64,000 nt of DNA, from contig NC_043019.1 in the NCBI RefSeq assembly GCF_006345805.1, positions 10,725,360 to 10,789,359 of the forward strand, given 5' to 3'. How positions within the stretch are numbered: the stretch's first letter is position 1; each line of letters opens with the position of its first letter. A program made the position numbers and the translations under genes. The notes below the pieces were generated by a model, which saw only the letters and a program-made list of their open reading frames with translations, was not told the DNA's origin and searched no databases. Source of the DNA: Octopus sinensis (taxonomy: Eukaryota). This document shows positions 26,060 to 39,723 of the stretch, piece by piece.

Positions 26060-27240
26060 ACTACTATCCAAAAGTTTAAGACCACCTACAAAAGTTTGTT
26101 TCAAAGGGGAATTTTTAGTTCAATGTCATCACCATCATCATCATCATCATCGTTTAACGTCCATTTTTCCGCGCTAGCACGGGTTGGACAGTTCGACCGG
26201 GGTCTGGGAAGCCAGGGGCTGCACCAGGCTCCAGTCTGATCCGGCAGAGTTTCTACAGCTGGATGCCCTTCCTAACGCCAACCACTCCGCGAGTGTAGTG
26301 GGTGCTTTTTATGTGCCACCTGCACAGGTGCCAGGGGGGGGGGTCCGGCATCGGTCACGATCGGTTGGAGCTTTTAATGTGCCATTGGCACGGAAGCCAG
26401 CCAAGGCGGAGCTGGCAACGGTCACGTTCGGATGGTGCTTTTTTTATGTGCCACCGGCACTGGAGCCAGTTGAGGCAGCGCTGGCATTGGCCACGTTCAT
26501 TTTAATCATCTAAATGAACCTACCTTCGTTGCTCCAATAAAGGACGTTTAGATCTGCCTGGTAGGAAGCTGCAGGACCTTTGTGAGTGTTTTCTGGTCTG
26601 TAAAATTTATTGATCAATTTAGATAAATTTTTTTGTATAAAAATATGGAATAACATATTGCATAAAGCTTGAGATTTATTCGATATAGAATAACACTATT
26701 TATACATATTTTACATGCAAATAATCATATTTCTTGACAGCAAGTCTATTTGGGAATGTTGTCAAAATCATTGCAATATATTTTGATTATTTACACTCCT
26801 TATGTGCTGTCAGTTGAGATGACATCACTTAATGACTGTGTTAAATGTGTTATTGTTTCTTTCAGGTTCAATTATTAAAAATAAGTAAAATTAGTGAAAT
26901 TCCTAAAAGTCAACCGATATATGGGCAAAACCAGTAATTTATCACATGGAAAGAGACAAAGCATTGTCACATTAAGTAAGTGAAGGCTAGGTATTATGAA
27001 ACAAGAAAAAAATAACAACAGAGCTCAGTCAGGTCGTCCAAATGTGACTTCTAAATCACAGGATAAGTTCATCGGAGTTACCAGTCTTGGAAACAGGCGC
27101 TCGACACAAAATGAAATTGCTGCACAAATAAGTGAAACCAGCAATGCTAACGTGTCTCCTACAACCATGAGAAGACTCATTGCTGCCGGTCTAAATGGCC
27201 ATTGTGCTGCCAGAAAACCACTGTTTCGACTACATTGGAC
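26060..27240 (+). mobile_element. Tc1-like transposon relic (left end and DNA-binding domain), interrupted by an RTE tail at ~26130-26497
   Basis: TIR-like CACTACTATCCAAAAGTTTAAGACCAC. Translations MGKTSNLSHGKRQSIVTL and SGRPNVTSKSQDKFI...RRLIAAGLNG..AARKPL match the Tc1 paired-like HTH region. Confidence 0.75.
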
Positions 27241-27358
27241 TCCTCATTCACATAATCACCAAACCTGGAGCTTAACTATAGTCTGTCCATAGCACTTACT
27301 CAGCATTACCTGACACCTTTGAGTCTTTTTGACACCATTACCTCTCATAAACTCAATG

Positions 27359-27398
<40 letters not shown>

Positions 27399-28526
27399 TA
27401 CATATATATTCTAAAAGACTCCGCCGGTTACGACGACGAGGGTCCTAGCTGATACGATCAACGGAACAGCTTGCTCGTGAAATTAACGTGCAAATGGCTG
27501 AGCATTCCACAGACACGTGTACCCTTAACGTAGTTCTCGGGGATAATCAGCGTGACACAGAGAGTGACAAGGCTGACCCTTTGAAATACAAGTACAACTC
27601 ATTTTTGCCAGCTGAGTGGACTGGAGCAACGTGAAATAAAGTGTCTTGCTTAAGGACACAACGTGTCGCCGGGAATCGAACTCACAACCTTACGATCATG
27701 AGCCGAATGCCCTAACCACTCAGCCACGCGCCCTCATACATATATATATATACATACACACACATACATCTTTTCTTCTTTTATTTGTTTCAGTCATTTG
27801 ACTGTGGCCATGCTGGAGCACCACCTTACAGGGTGTTTTAGTTAAAGAAATTAACCTCAGGACTTGTTCTTTCTAAGTCTAGTGCTTATTCAATTGGTGT
27901 CTTTTGCCAAACCACTAAATTACAGGGATGTAAATACACCAACATTGGTTGTCAAACGATGGTGGGGGGGGGAAACACAGGCACATACACATAAATATAT
28001 ACATATATGATGGGCTTCTTTCAGTTTCTATCTACCAAATCCACTCACAAGGCATTGGTGTCAGCCCGAGGCTATAGTAGAAGACACTAGCCCAAGGTGG
28101 GACTGAACCCGGAACCATGTGGTTGGGAGGCAAGCTTCCTACCATACAGCCATGCCTGCCTATATATATATATACATGCATACACACATATAAATATATG
28201 AACATAAATATATATACATGCATTTATACACACACACACATATATATACACACACATTATTAGTTATGTACCATTGTACAATTACTTCTAAATTAATTTC
28301 ATTGAATTTTAATGGAAACTTTACAATAAGATGTTGCCATAAATTTAGAAAGACATTCAAATATATCAATTATTAATTATAATTTTAAAAATATTATATA
28401 ATAAGGTTAATTCTTAAAATAGGTTTAATATAGTGAGTAAATAGATAACTAATTGTTGTGATGTAAAGTATTTAAATTTCTTTTAATCATAATGTAGAAT
28501 TCTTATCTTTATTTTTTATTCTTTAA

Positions 28527-30575
28527 CCCTTTAGTGACCAGACCAGCTGAAAATAATTCCCCTTTATTTGTTTGGACCAGCCAAATCTGGCCTCATTCCT
28601 CTACAAAATCGCTAAAAAAATAAGCAAATCATATTATTAAATTCTCTTAGCTTTGAGATAATGCAAGATAAAGCCTTACCCACCTTTATTCAAGTGAAAA
28701 TATGATGAAATTTTTGAGACATTTTGGTTTTTTCCAATATTTCCTGAGAAGTGTACATCGTAGTTTTTAATGATATTGCATCAGCAATTAGTGATTTTGT
28801 CTTTGAATGTTTTACTCTTGATGATGTACAAAATATAAACGAAAACAACAGTGATTTTGTCTTCAGACAAATCTGATATTGATATTTATGTATCTTTGTC
28901 GGATGAGGACGATTTTGATCACAAAAGTGATAAAAATGAAAGTGATGAAAATGATATTGAAATCATTATGGCAACATGGTTGAAGATTATTACATCAACC
29001 ACAATTCCCAATTTCACAGAAAAGACTAGTCCACAATGAAAGTCTACCTCCTGATGATCAACCACTGGATTCTCTATTTTTATTTTTACTGAAGGGTTTT
29101 TTTGAAACTTTAGTTTTTACTTTTTTGAAACTGTTGTGGTGGAAATATATAAATACGCTCAATGCATATTTCTATTCGTGGAAGACCTGTCTATGATGGC
29201 AGCCTGCTGATATTGTGGAAATGCAAGTTTTTTTTTACTCTACTCATTGTGTTTGGTATCAAACAGCTTCCTTGGCTGTGGAACTACTGGATTCCTGATA
29301 TAAGGTATGGTGATCCAGATATCTCCAGATATGGTGACCCAGATATATCCAGATATCTAGCTATATTTAATTCAAGTATTGTTTATGTAAAAAGCCACAA
29401 GGTACCTCCGCCACCAAAGGACTACGACCATTTGAAATTTCGAGTTGACACCTGTGTGGGTGGCACGTAAAAAGCACCCACTACACTCACGGAGTGGTTG
29501 GCGTTAGGAAGGGCATCCAGCCGTAGAAACACTGCCAGATCTGACTGGGCCTGATGCGGCCTTCCGGCTTCACAGACCCCAGTTGAACCGTCCAACCCAT
29601 GCTAGCATGGAAAACGGACGCTAAACGATGATGATGATGATGATGATGATGATGGTGACCCAGATATCTAGCTATATTTAATTCAAGTTTTGTTTATGTA
29701 AAAAGCCACAAGGTACCTCCGCCAACAAAGGACTATTATCATTTGAAATTTCGAGTTGACGTTGCATCTCAGTCACATGAGGGCTTTTCTTCCAGAAAGT
29801 ACAGAACTGGGAGAAAAGCAAAAATTAACGGAGGTGGATGTCAACAGAGAAAATATTGACTTCCATAAAGTGGAAAAAATAAATGGAAGGAAAAAAGTTT
29901 GCAGACTGCGTTCACAACAAAAAACAAAAACTGTGACAGAATATCAGGTTGAGACTGCATATACGTGTTCATTTTGCAAAAGTACTCTTGTGTAAAGGGT
30001 GCTTTGCACAGTTTCATGATAGAAATATGGCATAACTATATTTTGTCGTTTGATAGTAATACTGTCATGTATTCCTTTCATGTTATACGAATAATATGTG
30101 TAAGTGAGAAATACATATTAAATTTCAGTATGTTACACACCTGTATTCACCTTTGTCTCGCCTGTTAATGAGCTTTTTTTTATTAGCTACAGTCATCTAA
30201 TAAATGTATTCATTAAATTGTATAAGAGTACATACATAGCCAAATGGTACATTGACTTGTCAAAGAATTTTGTACTTTATTTGCAATGACAATTTTTGAA
30301 GGAAATATAGAGAAAGAATAAAATCTTGTACCGATTATACCTGTATTTTAATTAATTCAAATTAATGTACTTCATCTTGAAAATTGGCAAAATCTCCCTT
30401 CTTTTCTTTCTCCTTCTTTCTGTTTCTCTGTCTCTCTGAAATGGCCATGAAAAGCCCCTGACAATATTCCCTTTCTTCAGAAAGTTTCCGTTCACGAATT
30501 CTGTATTATTTACACACCGAAACACTAGTTAGTGTGTATAGAAGTATTTATTGATAAACGGCCAGTTCTATAGGG
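28527..30575 (+). mobile_element. piggyBac-like transposon relic
   Basis: Left end TTAA|CCCTTT and degenerate right end ...TAGGG|TAA. Acidic N-terminal fragment (SDIDIYVSLSDEDD) and Cys-rich C-terminal fragment (RKKVCRL...ETAYTCSFCKSTL, continuing after a frameshift to CFAQFH). Confidence 0.7.
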
Positions 30576-30934
30576 TAAGGATTAAGATTATATAGTAACC
30601 CCAATCCTCTCCTAAGCTTCAAATTCAGTTTCTCGCTACTTGAATTCATGTAATGGCAAAATCAGGTGGTTGCAAATCTCAACAACCTGCAATTCGAGTT
30701 GTCGTTTTCTAGTGAAATATTACAAAAAGGTTGTTTTATCTTCTCTACAGAATTCGAAAATAATTTTTGACATATTCCACACAGTTGACTGCTAGACTTG
30801 AAATACAAGCAAATGAAATTTCCCGAAATTTCCTATCAATCCACTGAGGATTATGATAGTCATCATCATGAGGATGATGACGATGACATAGCACCAGCAA
30901 CAATAATAATAATAATAATAATAATAACAATGAA

Positions 30935-31270
30935 ATTATTGTATACAGTGCTCAGGTGCACCACAACTTGTCAGAAAGTGCGTATAGAGTATATGCAGTA
31001 ATGTACAAATGTCTGGAAAGCGAACAATGTATGAGTCAGATACATGCTTGTGTGTGTATGGAGGGGAGAAAATCAAGTGTAGGGGTTGGTGAATCTCAGG
31101 AAGCATGGAAGTTTTGAAGGATGCAGTGCTCCGACAACTAACAACTGATGCCGGCAGTTTGTTCCATGCTTCAGCAACTCTCAGCGTGAAAAAAATGTTT
31201 CCTAAAGTCATGGGAGCTGTGCTGTTTTCTGACTTTGTAAATATGTCCACGGGTGTTAGACGGGTGGAGT
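30935..31270 (-). mobile_element. CR1/L2-clade LINE 3' end
   Basis: FFTLRVAEAWNKLPASVVSCRSTASFK is the typical CR1 ORF2 C-terminus. Confidence 0.8.
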
Positions 31271-31484
31271 TTGAAAAGGAGACGGGTGGAGTTTGAAAAG
31301 GGACGGGTGGAGTTTGAAATTCTTTTTACCTCGTTGCACGAACAGCTGTTTTAAGTGAAGGGCCAAGACTGTTCCATTATCCCTGGTGGTTTATTTTATC
31401 GACATCTGCAGAATAAAAGACAGGATTAGCCAGTCCTTCTCATAGAAAAAAACAACAAAACAAAACAACTTATATGTGACAGAA

Positions 31485-32400
31485 ACCACCCCAGGATGGC
31501 CTATTATGTTGCAGCATAGTGCAGAATGGAACTTAAGGGAAGATATCATAAATGTTTTTGGTAAGTAGAGCAACCAAGATTACAAAACAAACTTCTTAAA
31601 CCCCAGGATGGCTTGTTGTGTTGTATCACAGCATAAAATTGAACTTAAAGAGAGGGAGATTTGGCTAATGTTTCTAATATATATCACCAATATCAATATA
31701 TCACTTCTTACAAACCTATCAAGGAAACTCCAACCAAACTAATACCAACACATCATCAATGATACATCACCATCAACCTAGACACCACAACACCACCACC
31801 AACCACCACCAAACCAACCACCACGAATACAAACACATCACCAATATTACCACATCACCAACCACGAAGCCAACATCAACAATACCACCACCACCACCAA
31901 CACCACTGCCACCACCACCAATACCACAGCTGCCACCCCCAACAAACTTCTTAAACCCCAGGATGGCTTGTTGTGCTGTATCACAGCAGAAAATTGAACC
32001 TAAAGAGAGGGAGATTTGGCTAATGTTTCTGGTAGGTAGAATAACCATGATTAGGAAACAAAACTTTTTAACCATTTGGTCCTACCACGTCTGCAGTGTA
32101 CATATATTTACATGTGTATACCACCCCAGGATGGCCCAGTGTGTTGCAGCCCGGTGCAGAATGGAACTTAAGGGAAGATTTGGCTAATGTTTCTGGCAAG
32201 TAGAGCAACCAAGATTACAAAACAAATTTTTAAACCCCAGGATGGCTTGTTGTGTTGTATCACAGCAGAAAATTGAACTTAAAGAGAGGGAGATTTGGCT
32301 AATGTTTCTGGTAGGTAGAACAACCATGATTAGGAAACAAAACTTTTTAACCATTTGGCCCTACCACGTCTGCAGTGTACATATATTTACACGTGTACTG
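31485..32400. repeat. Complex tandem repeat (ACCCCAGGATGGC...GAACTTAA...TTTGGCTAATGTTTCT units)
   Basis: Unit starts recur near 31488, 31600, 31955, 32123 and 32234. An interleaved ~270-bp block (~31683-31940) is duplicated at ~33293-33550. Confidence 0.8.
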
Positions 32401-32599
32401 ATACACGTGACAGCATAAACATAAGCACACAGACACAGGTACACACATACATTAATATATATATACATACATAAAGACATATGTACATACACATGTATAC
32501 GCATAGACATGTGATGTTGATCTATATTGGACAGAGTAACACCTGTGCTACTGAGAAACACGAGAAACACGCCAGCATGTTTGCTGTGACGTGTTCCAA

Positions 32600-34090
32600 C
32601 TGTTACCGTCACCACCGCAATAACCACAACTACTACCACCACCACCACCACGACTACTACCACCGCCACAATCACCACCACCATCACCACCACCACCACT
32701 ACTACCACCACAACCACTACCACTACAACCACTACCACTGCAATCACAACCACCACCATTACAACCACCACCACAATCACCACCACCATCACCACCACCA
32801 CCACCATCACCACCACCACTACTACCATGACAATCACTACCACTACAACCACTACCACTGCAATCACAACCACCACCACTACAACCACCACCACAATCAC
32901 CACCACCATCACCACCACCACCACCATCACCACCACCACCACCACCACCACCACCACCATCACCACCATCACCACCACCACCACCACAACCACTACCACT
33001 ACAACCACTACCACTGCAATCCAACCACCACCACTACAACCACCACCACTACAACTACCGCCACTACAACTGCCACCACTACAACCACCATCACAATCAC
33101 CACCACCACCACCACTGCCACCACCATTATCACAATCACTGCCTCCTTCAATACCGTCAACACCACATGACTGCAACTGAACAAACCCACCTACCTGACC
33201 TTCACCAACACCGCTGCTACCACCACTACTACCACCAACACCACAACTACCAACACCGTCACCACCACCAAAAACAGCACCACCACCACCTTATCACCAA
33301 TATCAATATATCACTTTTTATAAAACCTATCAAGGAAACTCCAACCAAACTAATACCAACACATCATCAATGACACATCACCATCAACCCTGACACCACA
33401 ACACCACCACCAACCACCAACCATCACGAATACAAACACATCACCAATATTACCACATCACCAACCACGAAAACAATATCAACAATACCACCGCCACCAA
33501 CACCACTGCTGCCACCACCAACATCACTGCTGCCACCACCAACATCACCACCACCAGCAACATCAATACCACCACCACCACCACCAGCATCACCACCACC
33601 ACCACACCACCACCACCACCACCACCAATACCACCACCAGCAACATCAATACCACCACCATCAGTAACATCAACACCACCACCACCACCACCACCACCAA
33701 TACCACCACCACCACCACCAATACCACCACCAGCAACATCAATACCACTACCGCCACCACCACCACCACCACCACCAATACCACCACCAACAACATCAAT
33801 ACCACCACCACCACCATCACATCATGAATGCCTTCACATCACCAAAAGCATCAGCAACAACCATGAAAGGGACACCAACACTCTCACATCACTCACATAC
33901 TGCCACCACAAATAACAACACACCACCAACCAACACACCACCACCACCACCACCACCACCTCTGCCACATCATCACCAATACAAACACATCCCCACCAAT
34001 ACAACTGACCAACACCACGTCAATCATAGTAGCACTTCCACAAATACTAAGACCAAACCTACTACCTTGATTCCACCATGACCCCCACCA
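32600..34090. repeat. (CAC/CAA/TAC)n compound trinucleotide low-complexity tract
   Basis: Seen directly; it produces spurious poly-His/Thr/Val/Gly ORFs. Confidence 0.95.
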
Positions 34091-34202
34091 CCATTCAAGC
34101 CAGTGAGGAAGCTGTGGCTGTTTGATCTGCTAAAAGCAATACATTAATCTGCTTCAAATCACATCTACTGTCTTAAAATAAAATACAGCCATATCATTCT
34201 TA

Positions 34203-34819
34203 TTTCTTTACTGCCCACAAGGGGCTAAGCACAGGGAGGACAAACAAAGACGGACAAACGGATGAAGTCGATTATACCAACCCCAGTGCGTAACTGGTAC
34301 TTATTTTATTATTATTATTATTATTAATCGACCCTGAAAGGATGAAAAGCAAAGTCGACCTTGGCAGAATTTGAACTCAGAACTTAGCGACAGACGAAAT
34401 ACCTATTTCTTTACTACCCACAAGGGGCTAAACACAGAGAGGACAAACAAGGACAGACAAACGGATTAAGTCGATTATATCGACCCCAGTGCATAAATAG
34501 TACTTATTTAATCGACCCCGAAAGGATGAAAAGCAAAGTCGACCTCGGCAGAATTTGAACTCAGAACGTAGCGACAGACGAAATACCTATTTCTTTACTA
34601 CCCACAAGGGGCTAAACACAGAGAGGACAAACAAGGACAGACAAACGGATTAAGTCGATTATATCGACCCCAGTGCGTAACTAGTACTTATTTAATCAAC
34701 CCCGAAAGGATGAAAGGCAAAGTCGACCTTGGCGGAATTTGAACTCAGAACGTAGCGGCAGACGAAATACTGCTAAGCATTTCGCCCGGTGTGCTAACGT
34801 TTCTGCCAGCTCACCGCCT
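34203..34819 (-). mobile_element. Trimeric SINE within one 19-bp TSD, inserted in the 5S pseudogene
   Basis: TSD TACAGCCATATCATTCTTA at 34184-34202 and 34820-34838. Confidence 0.85.
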
Positions 34820-34920
34820 TACAGCCATATCATTCTTAATGCACCAGTTCTCGTCTGATCACCGGAGTGTTGAGCCTAGTTAGTACTTAAAGGGGTGACT
34901 GCATATGAAACCTATGTGCT
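34820..34920 (+). pseudogene. Degenerate 5S rRNA pseudogene, with its 5' part duplicated at 34184-34202 as a SINE TSD
   Basis: TACAGCCATATCATTCTTAATGCACCAGTTCTCGTCTGATCACCGGAG..GTTGAGCCTAGTTAGTACTT..GGGGTGACTGC..GAAACC..TGTGCT follows the metazoan 5S consensus (TACGGCCATACCAC...CTCGTCTGATC...GGTTAGTACTTGGATGGGAGACCGC), with an internal deletion near box A. Confidence 0.8.
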
Positions 34921-35088
34921 TTTTGGGCACAGGCATGGCTGGGTGGTAAGAAGCTTGCCTTTCAACCATATGATTCCAGGTTCAGTCACACTGAGTGGCA
35001 CCTTGGGCAAGTGTCTTCTACTATAACCTCAGGCCAGCCAAAGCCTTGTGAATGGATTTGGTAGATGGAAACTGAAAGAAGCCTGTTA

Positions 35089-35137
<49 letters not shown>

Positions 35138-35857
35138 TTGTGTGTGATTGTGTGTCTTTATCCTCCACCACTGCTTGACAACTGGTGTTGGTGTGTTTAC
35201 ATCCCTGTAACTTAGCAGTTCAGCAAAAGATACCAGCAGAATAAGTACCAGGATTAGAGAGAAAATAAGTATTGGGGTCGATTAGCTCAACTAAAAGGTC
35301 TTCAAGGTGGTGCTCTAGCATGGCCACAGTTTACAGTCTAATGACTGAAGCAAGTAAAAAAATGGAAGAATAAAAGAATAAAGAATAAAAAATAAAAAAT
35401 GAAAGAATAAAAGAATGAAGCATGAATAAAATAATGAAAAAAGAGTCAGGATGCTCATGGGTGGAATGCCTTTGATCATAGATCAGTTTGTATATGGTTG
35501 ACCTACGATTAAACAATATCATCATCATCATCATCATCATTATTAAATCACTCCTAGATCACATCTATCAAATGTAATTCAGGTTTAATCTAAGTCTGAA
35601 GGGAAAGGCTAGATGGTCATGGCAGGAATACTTTTGATCATAGATCAACTTGCAATGGTTTAAACTAGTATTAAACATCATCATCAACAACAAAGGAGCA
35701 TATATGTGATCACTCGACGTGCTTGAAGTAGTAGCCAAATCACCTTCAAATAACACCTTAGAGTCTTAGAGCAACCTTGAATGATACCCAACTGGATATA
35801 AAAAAAGTTTGGAGAAAAAAGAAAAAAAATTGTTGATTTGATATGAGAAGTGAAACA

Positions 35858-35891
35858 TCTGATGTTTCGGACAATTGTCCTTCTTCAGAGA
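35858..35891 (-). ncRNA. Minimal hammerhead-like motif (family 3)
   Basis: Minus strand reads TCT-CTGAAGA-A-GGAC AATT GTCC-GAAA-CA-TC-AGA. Helix I is only 3 bp and helix III is ACAT (possibly decayed ACGT). Confidence 0.5.
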
Positions 35892-37252
35892 GAAATAACA
35901 ATATAAAGACCGACATCATGGTTGTAGACAAGGGAGAGAAAGAATACAGAAGAGGTTGATAACACTGTTATAGAAAGGGAGAGTGTACAGTGTATGACTT
36001 TAAGCTGCATCCAGTAGTAGGGACCAGGTTCAAGAGTTTGAAGGTTTTGAGGAGTGTGAAAATACCTCTCAGCCACTAATTGTGCCCAGGTTTATTCTGA
36101 CCTGGAGTAGTTGCACCTGTCAGGGTCCCAGTTATGGGTTAATTATTCTATTAATAATTATTACTATTTTGTTGTGTAGACCCCCCAAAACTCTTATATG
36201 GACCCTCAGATTCCATATGAACCCCAGTTGAGAACTACTGCCAGGTGTGGACCCTGGGAATTTTGAAAGGGAAGGCACACGGTCAGAAGGGAGTACAGTT
36301 CCAGGAGAAAAGGATGTAATAGCATTGTTTAGAAGGGCACACTTCTTTTCTTGAGGGGGACACGTGTCCCTCAGGTCCTACCTTGGGTCAGCCCCTGACT
36401 GCTTTAAGCAAAATTTCCACACAAGTCATTAGTGATTCCTCACTTAATTAACACCTGGGTACTAATGTATATGAAGACTGAATGTGATAGATTCTGTACT
36501 CTGTGGAAGGAACCTTTATGGTTCAATGGAGGGGAAAGTGGCCGCAGCAATGCATTGAGGAGTGCAGAGAACAAGCTGAAACAAATAAGACATCCACTGC
36601 ATCCGTCTCCATCCTCTGTCATCCTGACCTGGTCTTGCCACTGGATTGAAGATGGTCAGATAAGAGGATAAAAGAATATTGTGAGAGTCAAGATTTTTCA
36701 AAATGAATTCGGATCTTTGAATTCAAATAATGGCCGTGTATGAAAAGAAAAACAGAAACGACTCGGTGGTTACAACTGGAATGCTTTTGAACATAGTTCT
36801 CCTTGGTTAAAGCTGACCGAGGGTTAAACAACAACAGCAATAAATTGGTGACACATACACACCACAGTACATACACAATACACATAAATACACACACACA
36901 CACACACACACAAACATAGCACAGTACATATTTTATTTTATTTATTTTTAAAATTTTATCTAGTTTCAGCTCACGAGCTGTGGCCATGCTGGGGCACCGC
37001 CATATGTACACACACATAAGGCGGCGAGCTGGCAGAACCGTTAGCACGCCGGGCGAAATGCGCAATCGTATTTCGTCTGCCGTTACGTTCTGAGTTCAAA
37101 TTCTGCCGAGGTCGTCGACTTTGCCTTTTATCCTTTCGGGGTCGAGAAATTAAGTACCAGTTACGCACTGGGGTCGATGTAATCGACTTAATTCGTTTGT
37201 CTGTCCTTGTTTGTCCCCTCTGTGTTTAGCCCCTTGTGGGTAATAAAGAAAC

Positions 37253-37283
<31 letters not shown>

Positions 37284-37869
37284 TACACATAATACAGACA
37301 CAAAAATGGCACCGTATATAGACAGTACACGCGCATACACGCACACTAGAACTACAATCACTGCGATCATGGCCATCGTTATCACGACGACGACAACGAC
37401 TACCACGATCACAACCAGAACTACCTCCACCACAACCACTGCCGCCGCCGCCACCACCACCACCACCACCACCACTTCAACACCAGGTTTGTCATCAACC
37501 TCCCCGTTGGTATTTTAGTTACTACCACTTCACTACAAGAAAGTTGTTAATCCTATGATAGTTATATATTTAGCTTCAGACATGTTTCTTCCTATCTTCA
37601 CCCCCTCCCCCCCGTACATATGGTTTCCCCCTTTTTCCTAACTTAGTGTCTTGACTGAGTGTAAGCCCACAACGTCGTTAATTATATAGGGCTGTCGACT
37701 ACTGAATCAATGATGTGCAGTGAGTCTTGGTAAGACTTTCGGAAGACAGTTTGCCCCACCACATCGACACCATATCAGCTGATGAGTACCTCTCTCTCTC
37801 TCTCTCTGTGAATGTGTGTGTGTGCGTGAGAGAGAGAGAGAAAACAAGAGAGGCTGGAGAAACAGGCAG

Positions 37870-37974
37870 AGATAAACAGATAGATAGATAGATAGATTGA
37901 CAGACAGACACGGATAGATAGATAGATAGATAGAAAGATAGATAGGTAGATAGATAGATAGACAGACAGACACG

Positions 37975-38020
<46 letters not shown>

Positions 38021-38057
38021 GAGAGAGATAGTTAGACAGACAGACAGACAGACAGAC

Positions 38058-38102
<45 letters not shown>

Positions 38103-38163
38103 TAGTTAGACAGACAGACAGATAGAGAGAGAGAGAGATAGACAGGCAGACAGATAAATAGAG

Positions 38164-38206
<43 letters not shown>

Positions 38207-38211
38207 TAGAC

Positions 38212-38245
<34 letters not shown>

Positions 38246-38291
38246 GTTTACAGATAGGTAGTTACATTGAAACAAAGACACACCACACCAC

Positions 38292-38322
<31 letters not shown>
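37870..38322. repeat. (GATA/GACA)n and (GA)n microsatellite
   Basis: Seen directly; another (TATC)n tract lies at 54405-54492. Confidence 0.95.
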
Positions 38323-38327
<5 letters not shown>

Positions 38328-38871
38328 TGCTGGAAGTTAAGACCAGCGACAGTTGTAAAAAAGAATTATTCCAGTTTAAAACTGAAAAGCAGCACAGTAC
38401 ATTAACGAACTTGACAATACTTCTTTTACAAGTCGTATCTTTCCAACGGCTGTGGCCGAGACTTCTATGGTTTATTTTTTTAACCGTTTAAATCAAGGAA
38501 GGGTAAAAACTGCTGCTGTGACTTTTCCTTTCCTTTCCTTTCCTTTTCAGATTTTCCGAGAATGACAGGAAGAGGTGGCCTGAATATTTGTATAAGTGCT
38601 ATTATGTTTAACATGCTAATTCGAGGAAGACTTATCTTCAACGATACTCTTTTACTCTTTCACTCTTTTACTTGTTTCAGTCATTCGACTGCGGCCATGC
38701 TGGAGCACCGCCTTTAGTCGAGCAAATCGACCCCGGGACTTATTCTTTGTAAGCCCAGTACTTATTCTATCGGTCTCTTTTGCCGAACCGCTAAGTGACG
38801 GGGACGTAAACACACCAACATCGGTTGTCAAGCAATGCTAGGGGGACAAACACAGACACACAAACACACAC

Positions 38872-38917
<46 letters not shown>

Positions 38918-39482
38918 GACGGGCTTCTTTCAGTTTCCGTCTACCAAATCCACTCACAAGGCATTGGTCGGCCCGGGGCTATAGCAGAAGACACTTGCCC
39001 AAGATGCCACGCAGTGGGATTGAACCCGGAACCATGTGGTTCGTTAGCAAGCTACTTACCACACAGCCACTCCTGTTATGAAATAACACTAGGTGTGGCT
39101 GTGTGAAAAGTTTGCCTCTCAGCTACATGGTTCTGGGTTTCAGTCCTACAGTGCTGTACCTTGGAAAGCGCCTTCTCTATTATATATTTCTTTACTACCC
39201 ATAAGGGGCTAAACACAGAGGGGACAAACAAGGACAGACAAACGGATTAAGTCGATTCCATCGACCCCAGTGCGTAACTGGTACTTTATTTAATCGACCC
39301 CGAAAGGATGAAAGGCAAAGTCGACCTCGGCGGGATTTGAACTCGGAACGTAACGACAGACGAAATACGGCTACGCATTTCGCCCGGCGTGCTAACGTTT
39401 CTGCCAGCTCTATTATAGCCTCTGGTCGACCAAAGCCTTGTGCGTGGGTTTGGTTAATGGAAACTGAAAGAAGTCCATCGTT

Positions 39483-39524
<42 letters not shown>

Positions 39525-39553
39525 ATATATATATATATTATATATATACATAC

Positions 39554-39597
<44 letters not shown>

Positions 39598-39723
39598 CAT
39601 ATATATATATATATATACATACATACATATCCAAACAAGAAAGCACAAAAAAAACACAACAACCCGAGGATGTGGAACAAATATAGTATTATTGGACGCT
39701 CAGGAAAGAAGGAAAGAAGGAGG

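Noticed and set aside
31485-32400. Repeat units with variable spacers, superficially CRISPR-like
   Set aside because: Eukaryotic context, long degenerate units, duplicated spacers and no cas genes.
32361-33190. Long poly-His, poly-Val, poly-Thr and poly-Gly ORFs
   Set aside because: Open in several frames on both strands because of a stop-free trinucleotide tract; no splice or domain support.
35885-36076. LQTLEP motif resembling the Penelope GIY-YIG C-terminus, upstream of a hammerhead
   Set aside because: It lacks the following GLN, and the segment looks like a different non-coding interspersed repeat; probably coincidence.
37699-38293. SIYL/SVCL-repeat ORFs
   Set aside because: Translations of (GATA/GACA)n microsatellites.
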